This document shows positions 1-9,765 of a stretch of 64,000 nucleotides of DNA, piece by piece. The translations under genes and the position numbers were made by a program. Origin of the DNA: Armatimonadota bacterium. GTDB lineage: Bacteria > Armatimonadota > UBA5829. The stretch lies in the NCBI GenBank assembly GCA_029907315.1, contig JARYME010000002.1:1581-65580 (forward strand). Reading direction: 5' to 3'. Numbering within the stretch: position 1 is the stretch's first letter; the number at the start of each line of letters is the position of its first letter. Under the pieces are notes generated by a model, which was not told where the DNA came from, ran no database searches, and saw only the letters and a program-made list of their open reading frames with translations.

Positions 1-726
1 ATCATTGCAGACTGGGAAGTAGCGTCCATGACCGACTTTGTCGTGGGCGCCAATAAGACCGATGCTCACTATGTAGGTGCTAATCTGGATCGCGATTTCA
101 AAGTCGATCTTTGGGGAGACATAAGAATAGCTTCCGAGGGTGATCCGTGTCCGCGCTGTTCCGGAACACTAAACAGCCTCCGCGCAATAGAGATAGCTCA
201 CATATTCAAGCTGGGTACACTCTACTCCGAAGCAATGGGCGCCAAATTTCTGGATTCCGACGGGCGTGAGAAACCGTTTGTGATGGGCTGCTACGGAATC
301 GGAGTAAGCAGAATGCTTGCGGCCATTCCGGAGGTTTTCAACGATGCTGATGGTATGATCTGGCCCATATCAGTTGCACCGTTTGAGGTTGTCGTGTTGC
401 TTCTCAATCCCGAAGACGACCAGCAGTGCAATGCGGCGGCTCGAGTTTACGAAGACCTACAGCTTCGAGGAGTAGATGTTCTCCTTGACGACCGCGATGA
501 GCGTCCCGGTGTTAAGTTTAAGGATGCTGATCTTATTGGGATACCGATTCAGGTCGTATGCGGAAGGCTGGCTTCGGAGGGGAAAGTAGAAGTTAAACTA
601 AGGGCAGGCGGAGACAAGGAGCAAATCGATCTCGGTGCTGCTCCTAGTCGGGTCATACAGCTCCGGGAATCGCTTTATCAAAGGCTGGAGGAAAAAGCCG
701 ACGCGGTTTCTGTCAGAAGGACATAA
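1..726 (+). CDS. proS: proline--tRNA ligase, C-terminal fragment (5' end lies outside the window)
   Basis: Translation contains class II aaRS/anticodon-binding motifs (YGIGVSRMLAAIPE, DDRDERPGVKFKDADLIGIP). The reading frame is open to the window edge. Confidence 0.8.
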   Translation: MIADWEVASMTDFVVGANKTDAHYVGANLDRDFKVDLWGDIRIASEGDPCPRCSGTLNSLRAIEIAHIFKLGTLYSEAMGAKFLDSDGREKPFVMGCYGIGVSRMLAAIPEVFNDADGMIWPISVAPFEVVVLLLNPEDDQQCNAAARVYEDLQLRGVDVLLDDRDERPGVKFKDADLIGIPIQVVCGRLASEGKVEVKLRAGGDKEQIDLGAAPSRVIQLRESLYQRLEEKADAVSVRRT

Positions 727-779
727 GCAGGTTTGGAGCGAAAAATCGTACATCACGATATCTGGCGTGGGGGCGTGCG

Positions 780-1442
780 ATGCCAGAGCCCAGCCTCTGG
801 GATATGTTGCTCAAGCTGATAGTGTCCGTGTTGGTTGGCGGACTTATCGGCGTCGAAAGAGAAACCCACGGCAGGCCAGCGGGTCTGCGGACCCATATAC
901 TCGTTTGCCTCGGTTCCACCCTCTTCGGGCTGTGTTCCTATACCATCGCTGGTAATCGTTTTGATCCCGGGCGTATCAGCGCTCAGATTGTTACCGGAAT
1001 CGGCTTTCTTGGTGCCGGAACAATTATGCGTCAGGGAAGCGTCGTGCGCGGATTAACCACTGCAGCCAGCATATGGACTGTGGCCGCTATCGGTTTGGCG
1101 GTTGCAGTCGGAGGCGATATGCTTCTGGTGGCGCTGGCGGCCAGTATTCTGGTGGTGGCGACGCTGAATCTGATCCCTCATTTCGAACGCAGAGTGCTCC
1201 AAAAGGGTAGTGAGAGGGTGCTGAACATTACACTGGCTCCGGGGATCGAACCTACCTGCAACGCGCTGGGTGTTTTGAGCAGCTGCGGAGCTAGGGTCCG
1301 GGTACTTGGTAGCGAGGAGACTCCGGACGGCGCCAGACAAGTGCTGAGGGTTCGCGTGCGTTTGCCGGACTCGTTTGACGAGGCCATGTTCGACAACGAA
1401 ATCAGGTCCCAGAAGGGTGTTTTCGGCTACAGTTGGGAATGA
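780..1442 (+). CDS. MgtC/SapB family membrane protein
   Basis: N-terminal LIGVERETHGRPAGLRTHILVCLGSTLF is the MgtC signature. Four to five TM helices are followed by a soluble C-terminal domain. Size is 220 aa. Confidence 0.8.
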   Translation: MPEPSLWDMLLKLIVSVLVGGLIGVERETHGRPAGLRTHILVCLGSTLFGLCSYTIAGNRFDPGRISAQIVTGIGFLGAGTIMRQGSVVRGLTTAASIWTVAAIGLAVAVGGDMLLVALAASILVVATLNLIPHFERRVLQKGSERVLNITLAPGIEPTCNALGVLSSCGARVRVLGSEETPDGARQVLRVRVRLPDSFDEAMFDNEIRSQKGVFGYSWE

Positions 1443-1461
1443 CCACAGGGAGGTGTGCTGG

Positions 1462-2442
1462 ATGGGTAAGACAACACGCAGAGAGTTTCTGAAACAAGTA
1501 GCTTTGACTGGTGCCGCAGTTGCGGGGCTTCCGGAGGCTTTGGTTGCTGCGGATGAGGTTGTGACTGGAGCCGGTCAGAAATCGCGAGTGGTGATCGCTA
1601 CCGACAAGGCGGTTCTCCGAGGCAGCGGCGACGTTGAGGTCGATGTTCTTCAAAGGATGTTGGACCGTGGAATGGCGAAGCTGACTGGGTCACGGACCGC
1701 TCAGGAGGCATGGAAAAAACTCTTTAAGCCTTCAGATGTTGTCGGTATAAAAGTTAACTGCCTCTTCGGCAAGGGGGTTTCTACACGGCCGGAGGTCGCG
1801 CAAGCTATAGTCCGAGGGCTGATTTCAGCCGGTGTCAAACCGGACAACATCATAATATGGGACCGCTCTACCAGCGACCTTGTAAAGGTAGGTTATAAGC
1901 CGAACTCAGGCAGTGGGGTGAAATGCTATGGTGACGACGGTGATTGGGGACCAGTCCTTGAACACGGCGCTTTCAAAGGTCGCATAACGAAGGTCATCAG
2001 TGAAAAGATAACAGCCTTGATCAACGTGCCCATCCTAAAGACGCACGGCTTAACGGGCATATCGAATGCACTCAAGAATCACTACGGCTCTTTCGACAAC
2101 CCGGGCAGCCACCACAACAACCACTGCAATCCCGCTATGGCCGATTTCAACTCGCTGCCGATCGTCAAAAAGAAGACTCGCCTTGTGGTAGTTGACGCGC
2201 TTCGCCCGCAGTATGACGGTGGTCCCGGCTTCAAGGGCGATGCGCAGTGGGATCTGTGGTGTCTCATGCTCTCAACTGATCCAGTTGCCGTCGATTATCA
2301 GGGCCTTCAAATCATTCAGGAGCAGCGGGCGAAAGTGGGATTGCCCGCGATCAAGCCTGAGGTCACAGCTTGGCTGCAAGCGGCCCAAGAGCGCGGTGTA
2401 GGAACTTGTGACCCGTCGAAGATTGAGGTGTTGCGCGTGTGA
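1462..2442 (+). CDS. Tat-signal DUF362 domain protein
   Basis: MGKTTRREFLKQVALTGAAVAG is a twin-arginine signal. The body matches the DUF362 pattern (IKVNCLFGKG...IIIWDRS). Start moved to the ATG at 1462 within ORF 1375..2442. Confidence 0.6.
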   Translation: MGKTTRREFLKQVALTGAAVAGLPEALVAADEVVTGAGQKSRVVIATDKAVLRGSGDVEVDVLQRMLDRGMAKLTGSRTAQEAWKKLFKPSDVVGIKVNCLFGKGVSTRPEVAQAIVRGLISAGVKPDNIIIWDRSTSDLVKVGYKPNSGSGVKCYGDDGDWGPVLEHGAFKGRITKVISEKITALINVPILKTHGLTGISNALKNHYGSFDNPGSHHNNHCNPAMADFNSLPIVKKKTRLVVVDALRPQYDGGPGFKGDAQWDLWCLMLSTDPVAVDYQGLQIIQEQRAKVGLPAIKPEVTAWLQAAQERGVGTCDPSKIEVLRV

Positions 2443-3473
2443 TTATAAACCTCCGCAGCGATACACAAACTTTGCCCACGGAATCGATGCTTCGAGCGAT
2501 AACTTCCGCTCCCCTGGGCGACGACGTGTTCGGCGAAGACCCAACTGTGCGCAAGCTCGAGGATATGGCAGCACGTATGCTCGGCAAGGAAGCCGGCTTG
2601 CTGGTTGTGAGCGGTACAATGGGCAACCTCGTTTCTTTGATGGCACATTCCAACAGGGGAGACGAGGTTATCCTGGATCCGGATTCTCATATTTTCTACC
2701 ACGAAACTGGTTCGTTGGCAGCGATTGCTGGACTGATGCCGATGCCGGTCAGAAGTCGAGAGGGTATGTTGGATCCGGATGATGTGGCCGCGGCGATTCG
2801 CAGTCCTAACGTTCACTATCCTCGGCCGCGAATCCTATGTCTGGAAAACACGCACAATCGAAGCGGTGGTCGCATCTTGCCGCTTGACTTACACAAAAGG
2901 CTGTGCGCTATTGCTCACGAGAGGGGGCTTAAGGTTCACCTTGATGGTGCCAGGATATTCAATGCCCAGGTGGCTTCGGGCATTCCGGCCTCAGAGTGGG
3001 CAAGAGAGGCCGACTCAGTGATGTTTTGTCTATCAAAGGGACTCAGCTGTCCTATCGGTTCAGTAGTCGTGGGCGATGCTGAGTTTATCGAAAGAGCACG
3101 GAGATTCCGCAAACAGATTGGCGGCGGGATGCGGCAAGCGGGCGTTATAGCAGCGTGCGGAATAGTGGCACTAGAGACGATGATAGATCGCTTGGCGGAG
3201 GACCATATCAATGCCAAACTTTTGGCTCAGGGCCTTGCGGATATCGCAGGTCTCAAAGTTGACCCAGACAAAGTGGAAACAAACATGGTCTACGCAGAAC
3301 ATTCTGCTACTGGTTTATCTACTGAGGAACTCCTGACTCGTTTGAAAGAGCAGGGTGTTCTCGCTAGTGGTTCGCCGCCAAACAGGATCCGCTTCGTCAC
3401 CCATCGACACATAGACCGCAGTGCAGTTGAGGAGGCCATTTGCAGAATCAAGAGGGCTGTTGAGGGTGCATGA
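2439..3473 (+). CDS. ltaE: low-specificity L-threonine aldolase (PLP beta-eliminating lyase family)
   Basis: N-terminal LRSDTQTLPT...GDDVFGEDPTV and SGTMGNL motifs. The GTG start overlaps the upstream stop (GTGA). Confidence 0.75.
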   Translation: MIINLRSDTQTLPTESMLRAITSAPLGDDVFGEDPTVRKLEDMAARMLGKEAGLLVVSGTMGNLVSLMAHSNRGDEVILDPDSHIFYHETGSLAAIAGLMPMPVRSREGMLDPDDVAAAIRSPNVHYPRPRILCLENTHNRSGGRILPLDLHKRLCAIAHERGLKVHLDGARIFNAQVASGIPASEWAREADSVMFCLSKGLSCPIGSVVVGDAEFIERARRFRKQIGGGMRQAGVIAACGIVALETMIDRLAEDHINAKLLAQGLADIAGLKVDPDKVETNMVYAEHSATGLSTEELLTRLKEQGVLASGSPPNRIRFVTHRHIDRSAVEEAICRIKRAVEGA

Positions 3474-5179
3474 TGCGTGTGTTTGGGACTGTCGCGTATG
3501 CAATTGTAATTGCGGGTTGCGCCTCAGCAGCCAGCGTCAAGACCATTGTAGGAGTCTACTATTTTCCTGGTTGGCACATCAAACCACCAATAGCACCTTT
3601 GTGTCCCGGTGGTCCGCCAGATCGCGTTGGAGAGTGGCGCTATGCCATCATGAACGCGGCTAAGCCTCGTCCGCTATGTGGTTTCTATGACGACTCGGAC
3701 GTGCGGCTCTGGGATTATTACATAGACTGGATGAGAGGCTGCGGGATAGATTTCATAGCGTTTGACTGGTACTACAACGCCCGACAGCAGTTTCTATACG
3801 AAGCATTGGATCGCGGATTCCTCCATTCCTCCAAGCGAAGCAACATGAAATTTTGCCTACACTGGTGCAATCACGGAGGCAACTGGTGGCACAAGCCACT
3901 GGATCAGTCTCAGTCCGCTTTGCGCGAGATGATGGATGAGGTCTGCCATAGATATTTCCACCTACCGAACTACTTGAAGCTGGACGGCAGACCCGTTTTT
4001 ATGATATACGACCCGGACACCCTCTTGCGCTTTGGCGGACGTCAAGTAGTGCGAGAATCGCTGCGTATGCTTCATAGCGTTGCGCAGGAACACGGCTTTC
4101 GTGGAGTCTACCTCGTTGCCGTCAATTCTTCGTGCAGCGCCTCATACATAAAGATGCTTAGAGACCTCGGCTTCGATGCGTTTTGCGCTTACACGTACGC
4201 TTGGATGAGACCTGCGAGCGTGGCTTGGTACTCAAAGGCTTGGCCCTATCGGGAAGTCACTGATATGATGTGCACCGACGTTTATCCATTCCTCAGGCGC
4301 ATTGGTAATCGATACGGTATACCTTATTGGCCTACGACTTTTTCGGGTTGGGATGATCGTCCGCGAGCCGGTTTGGAAAACGCTTTTGTGCTTACCGGAA
4401 ACGATCCCGGTGAGTTCGGCCGAATGTTTCGGTCCGCGCTCGACAACGTGAATCCTCGTTCAGCCGTGGTTATGGTTGAAGCATGGAACGAGTGGGGCGA
4501 GGGTGCCTGCATTGAGCCTTCAAAGGAACATGGTTTTGCATATCTCGACCAGATTGCTCGGGCGCTGGGTAAGAGCTTTAAGAATCCAAAGGTGCCTACA
4601 CCTGATGAGATTCATGCTTGGAGCATATTGGAGCCTGATGAGTTGAAAGTAGCTTGCGAGAACGAGTCTAAACCGTGGCCTGTGAAAAGCGTTGAGCGAA
4701 TACGCTTGGCGTCCAATTACGACGTTCCTGATGTGCCGATGCCCATTGTGTTTGATTTTACTGCAAGCGGCATGCCTCTCGAAAGCCTGATTCTAAATGG
4801 CCTTCAGGTGTTGGAGCGCACAGATCGTGGGCTGCTCTTAGTCTCAAACGCAGTCGATCCCCAAGTCATATTGCCCACGGTTTCGATTCCTACCGCACAA
4901 GTCAAGAGCATAACTGTTGCAGCTCAACTGCTTGAAAAAGCGCCAGGCAATCCAGAACCGCCCGTAGAAATCTATTGGCAGACGGGCAAAATCCCAGAGT
5001 TTACGCCGTATTGCTCGGTTAAAATCCCATTTGAAGCAAGCGGCATTAGCACACTGTTGACAGAAGAGATCATGACTTGGATCTCTGGCGGGACCCCGAT
5101 CTTGCGAATTCGACTCGACCTAGGCGAACACCCGGGCAACAAGTTTCTTCTGAAGAGACTTGTGCTCTCTAGTTCTTAG
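3470..5179 (+). CDS. lipoprotein, glycoside-hydrolase-like (WbsX/TIM-barrel-like) protein
   Basis: Signal peptide with lipobox (VIAGCAS). Motifs YYFPGWH, FDWYYN and AWNEWGEG resemble Glyco_tran_WbsX/GH-like TIM barrels. The ATG overlaps the upstream stop (ATGA). Confidence 0.35.
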   Translation: MMRVFGTVAYAIVIAGCASAASVKTIVGVYYFPGWHIKPPIAPLCPGGPPDRVGEWRYAIMNAAKPRPLCGFYDDSDVRLWDYYIDWMRGCGIDFIAFDWYYNARQQFLYEALDRGFLHSSKRSNMKFCLHWCNHGGNWWHKPLDQSQSALREMMDEVCHRYFHLPNYLKLDGRPVFMIYDPDTLLRFGGRQVVRESLRMLHSVAQEHGFRGVYLVAVNSSCSASYIKMLRDLGFDAFCAYTYAWMRPASVAWYSKAWPYREVTDMMCTDVYPFLRRIGNRYGIPYWPTTFSGWDDRPRAGLENAFVLTGNDPGEFGRMFRSALDNVNPRSAVVMVEAWNEWGEGACIEPSKEHGFAYLDQIARALGKSFKNPKVPTPDEIHAWSILEPDELKVACENESKPWPVKSVERIRLASNYDVPDVPMPIVFDFTASGMPLESLILNGLQVLERTDRGLLLVSNAVDPQVILPTVSIPTAQVKSITVAAQLLEKAPGNPEPPVEIYWQTGKIPEFTPYCSVKIPFEASGISTLLTEEIMTWISGGTPILRIRLDLGEHPGNKFLLKRLVLSSS

Positions 5180-5337
5180 GTGACAAATAGCGTACGTCTT
5201 GCGACGGCTGGTAGATGTTCGTTAGATGTTTTTTCACGCAGGTCCGCGTGCCGGTGCTGCGCGCTCGCTATAGCCACCGCTCAGTTGCCTACTACCTTGG
5301 TTATCCCTCGGTAGATTTAGATTTGGGTGCTCAGTTT

Positions 5338-5520
5338 TTACCTAACTGCCGCTGCTTCCCGCTTGATGTCGAGCGCTCCTAGTTTTTCGCTGGTCTGTTC
5401 CTTGGGGGTTTTCTCCTCAGGTTCGGCGTACTCGTACTCTTCGCATTGGACCACTATGACGTTTCGAGGGAATGTGCAGGTGGATGCGTGCTTGCACGCG
5501 CTACAAACGTTAGAGCTCAT
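5338..5520 (-). CDS. small (60 aa) Cys-motif acidic protein of unknown function
   Basis: ORF MSSNVCSACKHASTCTFPRNVIVVQCEEYEYAEPEE has a perfect AGGAGG Shine-Dalgarno 9 nt upstream of this ATG. A C-x2-C-x-H-x3-C plus distal Cys arrangement is present. The longer 66-aa form from the ATG at 5538 lacks an RBS. Confidence 0.4.
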   Translation of the reverse strand: MSSNVCSACKHASTCTFPRNVIVVQCEEYEYAEPEEKTPKEQTSEKLGALDIKREAAAVR

Positions 5521-5659
5521 CGTGATGAACCTCCTCATTGAGTGTTGCAGGCATCACCTTCGATGCCTTGTTGCGAGCTCCGTCGCGATACACATTTCTA
5601 CAAATCGGTATTTTGGGCCTGCTTCGTTACCTTGCCGACTGATTGGCTACGCACCAAAA

Positions 5660-5688
5660 TATTTCCGTATTTACGCAGGCTTCACCCG
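5660..5688 (-). promoter_or_regulatory. sigma70-like promoter (TTGCAA-17-TAGTAT) upstream of the small Cys-motif ORF
   Basis: On the minus strand: TTGCAAaacttgccgaattggagTAGTAT, immediately after the stop of the 697-aa gene. Confidence 0.3.
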
Positions 5689-5692
5689 CATA

Positions 5693-7786
5693 CTACTCCA
5701 ATTCGGCAAGTTTTGCAACCTTTTCTGCGTATTTCTCGTTGTATCGCGCTACTAGTTTCGATCTGAGCTGCGGATCAGCCGTAACTACGATAAGCCGGGT
5801 CAGATCAGTGTCCTCTAAGCTGATGTTCAGAGCTTTCTGCTTGTTCCAGTTTACGTTGGCAATACCCTTGTATGTAACCTCGAACACGTCTTTGGGTAAT
5901 AGCCAGTCAGGGATGTCAACTTTCAAATCGGCGCGCTCTATAGGAGCGTAGACGGTTCCCAATCGATCGCACACTAAGTTCTCATTCACGCATATGAGCA
6001 AGAGCGTGTCAGTGCCGCTTAATAGTGTCTTAGTCCACAGGCTCGGTTCCAGCTCTTTGCATCCACCGACAACTGTTTCGACAGTCGTTTTCAAGTCGAC
6101 TGGGCAGCTTGCGGCAACCAGCTCGCTGACCGTCCCAAATTCCGCCCCCAGCAGTCCTATTTGTTTCCACAGGGCTTTAGCTGCTGGCTGTTCAGCACCG
6201 CAGCCGTTCGCACCCTTCTTACCCGGAGGTGTTGGTGTATACCACCAAAATGATAACTGCTTTGCACCTCCTGCCAGGGCGTAGTAAACCTCGGTTCGCT
6301 TTTCTTCCGGAGTTGGGAACCTAAACTTCACCTCTCCTTTGCCTGATTGTGCGCTGACGGCATAGAGAACCATGTGCAGCGGTCGAGGCATGCACGCAAG
6401 CCTCGGCAGGTAGGTCAAAGCGTAAATGCACCTTGCGTTGGCGTACAGCGGGACTCTGCGAGGACTGCGGTCATACGCGTGGCTAAGGCGCGCTTGATAG
6501 TAGGGGTCGCACATCAGAATATCGGGGATTTCTCCGTAGGCGTACGTGCTCTGAGGTCGGAATGTGTAGTTTATGTTGACCGCGCACGGTGTAACTGGAT
6601 CCTTCTCGTGCAGCGATTGTGCTTTGTTTACCATGCCTTGGGTCAAACAGCCCATCTTGTACTCTGGCGGCACACCCTTAACATAGAAGTCGGCTGATTC
6701 AGGTTCGTCGGCCAAGAAGTACAGATATGGATTTGTAGTTCCCTGCTTAAGATAATCGTTAACAGTGCGTCGGATGCCGAGCGATGCCAGGTATTCGCGG
6801 CCTTCTTGAGTTTTCAGAAATTCGATTACACAGTCTGAGCCTATCTGCTCCATTTGGGTGTTTATATTGTGAGCGGCTAGGTCTGCAAAGTATCGCTTGG
6901 CCGTTTCTTTGTCACTTGCATCACCCGGCATGGCACCCCACATCCCATACGCAGGTTCATCGCTCCACACCTTTACCAGCTCCGTGGCTTTCGAGCCGTC
7001 GGGGTACACAGCTTGCACGCAGCAGTACTTCCCTCGCTTGAGCGGTGTGGTAAGCTTTGCAACCACCGGAGATACTTTCAAGTCTGGGTCGAACCGAATC
7101 GTACAATTACTCGTTATGTCTTCCCCATCGAGGAGTATTCTTTGGGGCGGTTTGGATCCGGCAGAGCAAAACGCCGTCATCTCCTTTAGGTCTCTGGAGA
7201 AGGAAATGTATTCAAACCTAGGCCGGTGCCTCATGGGAATTGATACTTCCAGAGGCTTTTGCCCCTTGGTGCACACGGTCAATCTTACAGTGCCCGAAGG
7301 AGGATTGGTTCGAAGGCGCACGGTAATCTCGCATACTTCGCCTGGAGGTACACGCGACGGCCTTGCACGCCACCATATAGGATCACCCGCCGCTATGAGC
7401 TTCTTTCGTTCTGCCGCGCTGAGATCCGAAAAGAAAATCGAGGCTGGGTCGGCCTCTCGCTTTACATCTTGGTCTGAAAATGCTATCGCCCTCTTCAAGC
7501 TGATGCCGGCAAACTCGACATCTTCGATTAGCAACGGCTCAGTGCCAGTGTTCTTTAAATACACGTGTGTGCTTCCCGCAAGTGGCTTTTCCCACTGTCG
7601 TAGATCAAGAGCCCATTCGCGAGGGCTCATATCTTTGAGATACTCCGTGAACTCCTTAGGGTATGGAACATCGAACCGGTAGTACGCATCAACAACTTGC
7701 CAGCCTGCTGTAGTTGCCGATATGCCGACGTTCGGCACAACTGCCAACAAGAACAGTGCAGCAAGTCCTACCAACCTACGGCTCAT
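5693..7786 (-). CDS. secreted uncharacterized protein (697 aa), possible carbohydrate-active enzyme
   Basis: Signal peptide (MSRRLVGLAALFLLAVVPNVGISA). Beta-rich Ig-like segments precede a TIM-barrel-like C-terminal region. The start overlaps the upstream gene by 4 nt. Confidence 0.55.
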   Translation of the reverse strand: MSRRLVGLAALFLLAVVPNVGISATTAGWQVVDAYYRFDVPYPKEFTEYLKDMSPREWALDLRQWEKPLAGSTHVYLKNTGTEPLLIEDVEFAGISLKRAIAFSDQDVKREADPASIFFSDLSAAERKKLIAAGDPIWWRARPSRVPPGEVCEITVRLRTNPPSGTVRLTVCTKGQKPLEVSIPMRHRPRFEYISFSRDLKEMTAFCSAGSKPPQRILLDGEDITSNCTIRFDPDLKVSPVVAKLTTPLKRGKYCCVQAVYPDGSKATELVKVWSDEPAYGMWGAMPGDASDKETAKRYFADLAAHNINTQMEQIGSDCVIEFLKTQEGREYLASLGIRRTVNDYLKQGTTNPYLYFLADEPESADFYVKGVPPEYKMGCLTQGMVNKAQSLHEKDPVTPCAVNINYTFRPQSTYAYGEIPDILMCDPYYQARLSHAYDRSPRRVPLYANARCIYALTYLPRLACMPRPLHMVLYAVSAQSGKGEVKFRFPTPEEKRTEVYYALAGGAKQLSFWWYTPTPPGKKGANGCGAEQPAAKALWKQIGLLGAEFGTVSELVAASCPVDLKTTVETVVGGCKELEPSLWTKTLLSGTDTLLLICVNENLVCDRLGTVYAPIERADLKVDIPDWLLPKDVFEVTYKGIANVNWNKQKALNISLEDTDLTRLIVVTADPQLRSKLVARYNEKYAEKVAKLAELE

Positions 7787-9765
7787 CCTTTTCTGGCCTC
7801 CTCAGCAAACTTCCTCGCTCGTGCTACGTTTTCGTTCCACATATTTATGAACTGCTTTAGTGTCGGCACGACGTATATGGTGCTGCCGTACTCTTCGGGC
7901 TTAACGCCGTCCTTTTCGAACACTCTCTTCCAATCAGGCCATATCTTTGCTAAAATCTCGCTCCTCTTCGCCCAGATTGTTCCTGCCACGGGATATCCGT
8001 TCTCGTCCATTCCTTCGTAGAGTGATTTCCAGTTTTCAATCTTCAGCGGCATCAGATCGAGGTACATCCTCTGTATATTGCCGAAATCAGTCGAGTACGG
8101 CACATCTAGAAGCTCAGTGTTCTGGAAGAAGTTGCGCTTCGAGGCCGTCAGAATTCGTGTTCGCTTGAGACCTCTCTCCCTTTCCAGCAGTATCACAACG
8201 CGTTTGGTGCACAGTGTTCCAGCTCTGTCTATTGCGTCTTCCTCAGCCGATGGATCGAAATCGATGCCTACCTGTTTAACTGCAGCGATAAACTCGGCAT
8301 TATTGACGATCGGATCAGTGAGCTTCTTCACCGAACTGGGATCAATCGAAGCGAACTTGCTGTCTTTGGGTAGAGCGTTGAGCAAAGTCCTGACTCGATA
8401 GTCACGAATGGCATCGTTGAAGCGGCCTATCATACTAGTCACCACGGAACCGCCTTCGCCGTCGTCAACCTTCTCGCCGGTTCGCCTTTCGTAATCGGCG
8501 ATTCCTTCGTCTGTCGCGACTTGTGCCGCGTACATCTGAGAAACCTCATAGGATAGCGTCGTGTTCGTAAACATCCGCTCCTTAAGCGCGTCCGGATACT
8601 TCGGGTTGTAACCAGCATTAAAGCTGCGGATTACATTCAGCGCGGCCTGTCCCGTACAAGCTATCTTGAAATGGTTGTTTGACTTTCCAACCCTGGGCTT
8701 GGCGAGTTCCGTGTAAAACTCGTCAGCGCCGTCGAGCAGGATCTCGTCAAACAGCCGCACCCTTTCGCAAAGCCTGGCGTATATCTCGCCGCCGGCGTAG
8801 GTAAGTTTTTCCTCGTCGTCGTGCCAGTCTGGGCGCAGCTGGAAAGCTACTCGTCCTAGACCCCTGAGCAGAAAGACTGAGCGCAGCCCAAGCATAGCGT
8901 CCACAACAACCCATTCGGTGAACCTGGTTGCCCCCCAGTCGTCCGGATGGCCGCCCGCAATTTGTTCTCTTGCTATAAGCCTGCGCACCTCGTGCCACTT
9001 GTTTGGGAACCGACATATGAACTTGGTTGCCTCTTCACCCCATATGCAGCCTATGCCTGACATGTCGTCCTCGCCGGCTACTGCAATCACCGGGTTTGTG
9101 GTTCCTCCCAAACTTCCCATGCGCCTGCAGCGTGCAGCTTGCAGACCGTAGTCGTTGAAAAACTGTGTCTTTGTCTTGCCTTCCTCGCGGGCGAAGTACA
9201 GATCGGGGTAGTACATCCCGGGCTGGTAAAGCGCACTGAAACACGACAAGTAGTCCGTCGGGTTCGAATATGGATCTCGCCCATTCTCAGATTCCCATTT
9301 CTTTGCCCAGCCTGCGAACAGATTGTCTCCCTTGTTTGCCGCAAGGTCCTCTGCTTTGATCCGCGCGGATACTGCGAGGAACGATTCGCGATCTTGGTCA
9401 AACCACTTCTTAACCTGGTTTGCTGCGTGCGCCTGTAGTTGTGACGCTTGTTCTGAGGACAGCGCGCTGTCTCCGTGGAACTTGCGCCGGGCAAGATTGT
9501 GGTCAAGTTCAACCGGTGAGGAAAGCGACTCCGCAACGCCCAACATATATGCAACGATTCGCTCACGGAGCTTCGAGTCCCCCGCGGCAAACTCTTGATC
9601 AAGCGCTGAGGAGATTAGTTGAAGAGTCTTTTGGAGCTCTCCGGGGAGAGTAAAGAATATGGTTTTCTGGAGTGCCAGTTCAATATCCCATCCTGGCATC
9701 ATTTCTCTCGTTCTCTCATCTCGGTTATATACCAAGTTGAGAATGGTCCTTTCGTGGTGTGTCAT
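7783..9765 (-). CDS. cytoplasmic uncharacterized protein (660 aa) with a transaldolase-like GGTTNP motif
   Basis: Long uninterrupted ORF with no signal peptide. The motif GSLGGTTNPVIAV resembles the transaldolase/FSA TTNP motif. It overlaps the LacI stop by 4 nt. Confidence 0.55.
   Translation of the reverse strand: MTHHERTILNLVYNRDERTREMMPGWDIELALQKTIFFTLPGELQKTLQLISSALDQEFAAGDSKLRERIVAYMLGVAESLSSPVELDHNLARRKFHGDSALSSEQASQLQAHAANQVKKWFDQDRESFLAVSARIKAEDLAANKGDNLFAGWAKKWESENGRDPYSNPTDYLSCFSALYQPGMYYPDLYFAREEGKTKTQFFNDYGLQAARCRRMGSLGGTTNPVIAVAGEDDMSGIGCIWGEEATKFICRFPNKWHEVRRLIAREQIAGGHPDDWGATRFTEWVVVDAMLGLRSVFLLRGLGRVAFQLRPDWHDDEEKLTYAGGEIYARLCERVRLFDEILLDGADEFYTELAKPRVGKSNNHFKIACTGQAALNVIRSFNAGYNPKYPDALKERMFTNTTLSYEVSQMYAAQVATDEGIADYERRTGEKVDDGEGGSVVTSMIGRFNDAIRDYRVRTLLNALPKDSKFASIDPSSVKKLTDPIVNNAEFIAAVKQVGIDFDPSAEEDAIDRAGTLCTKRVVILLERERGLKRTRILTASKRNFFQNTELLDVPYSTDFGNIQRMYLDLMPLKIENWKSLYEGMDENGYPVAGTIWAKRSEILAKIWPDWKRVFEKDGVKPEEYGSTIYVVPTLKQFINMWNENVARARKFAEEARKG

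Noticed and set aside
1242-1253. GGGGATCGAACC, resembling the reverse complement of a tRNA T-arm
   Set aside because: It lies in frame inside the well-supported MgtC-family ORF, and no complementary acceptor or anticodon arms are nearby.
6897-7682. Multiple 60-260 aa ORFs antisense to large genes (e.g. 6897..7682, 21352..22014, 26698..27228, 30082..30855, 39539..40393)
   Set aside because: These are shadow ORFs on the strand opposite well-supported genes. They lack RBSs and recognisable motifs.
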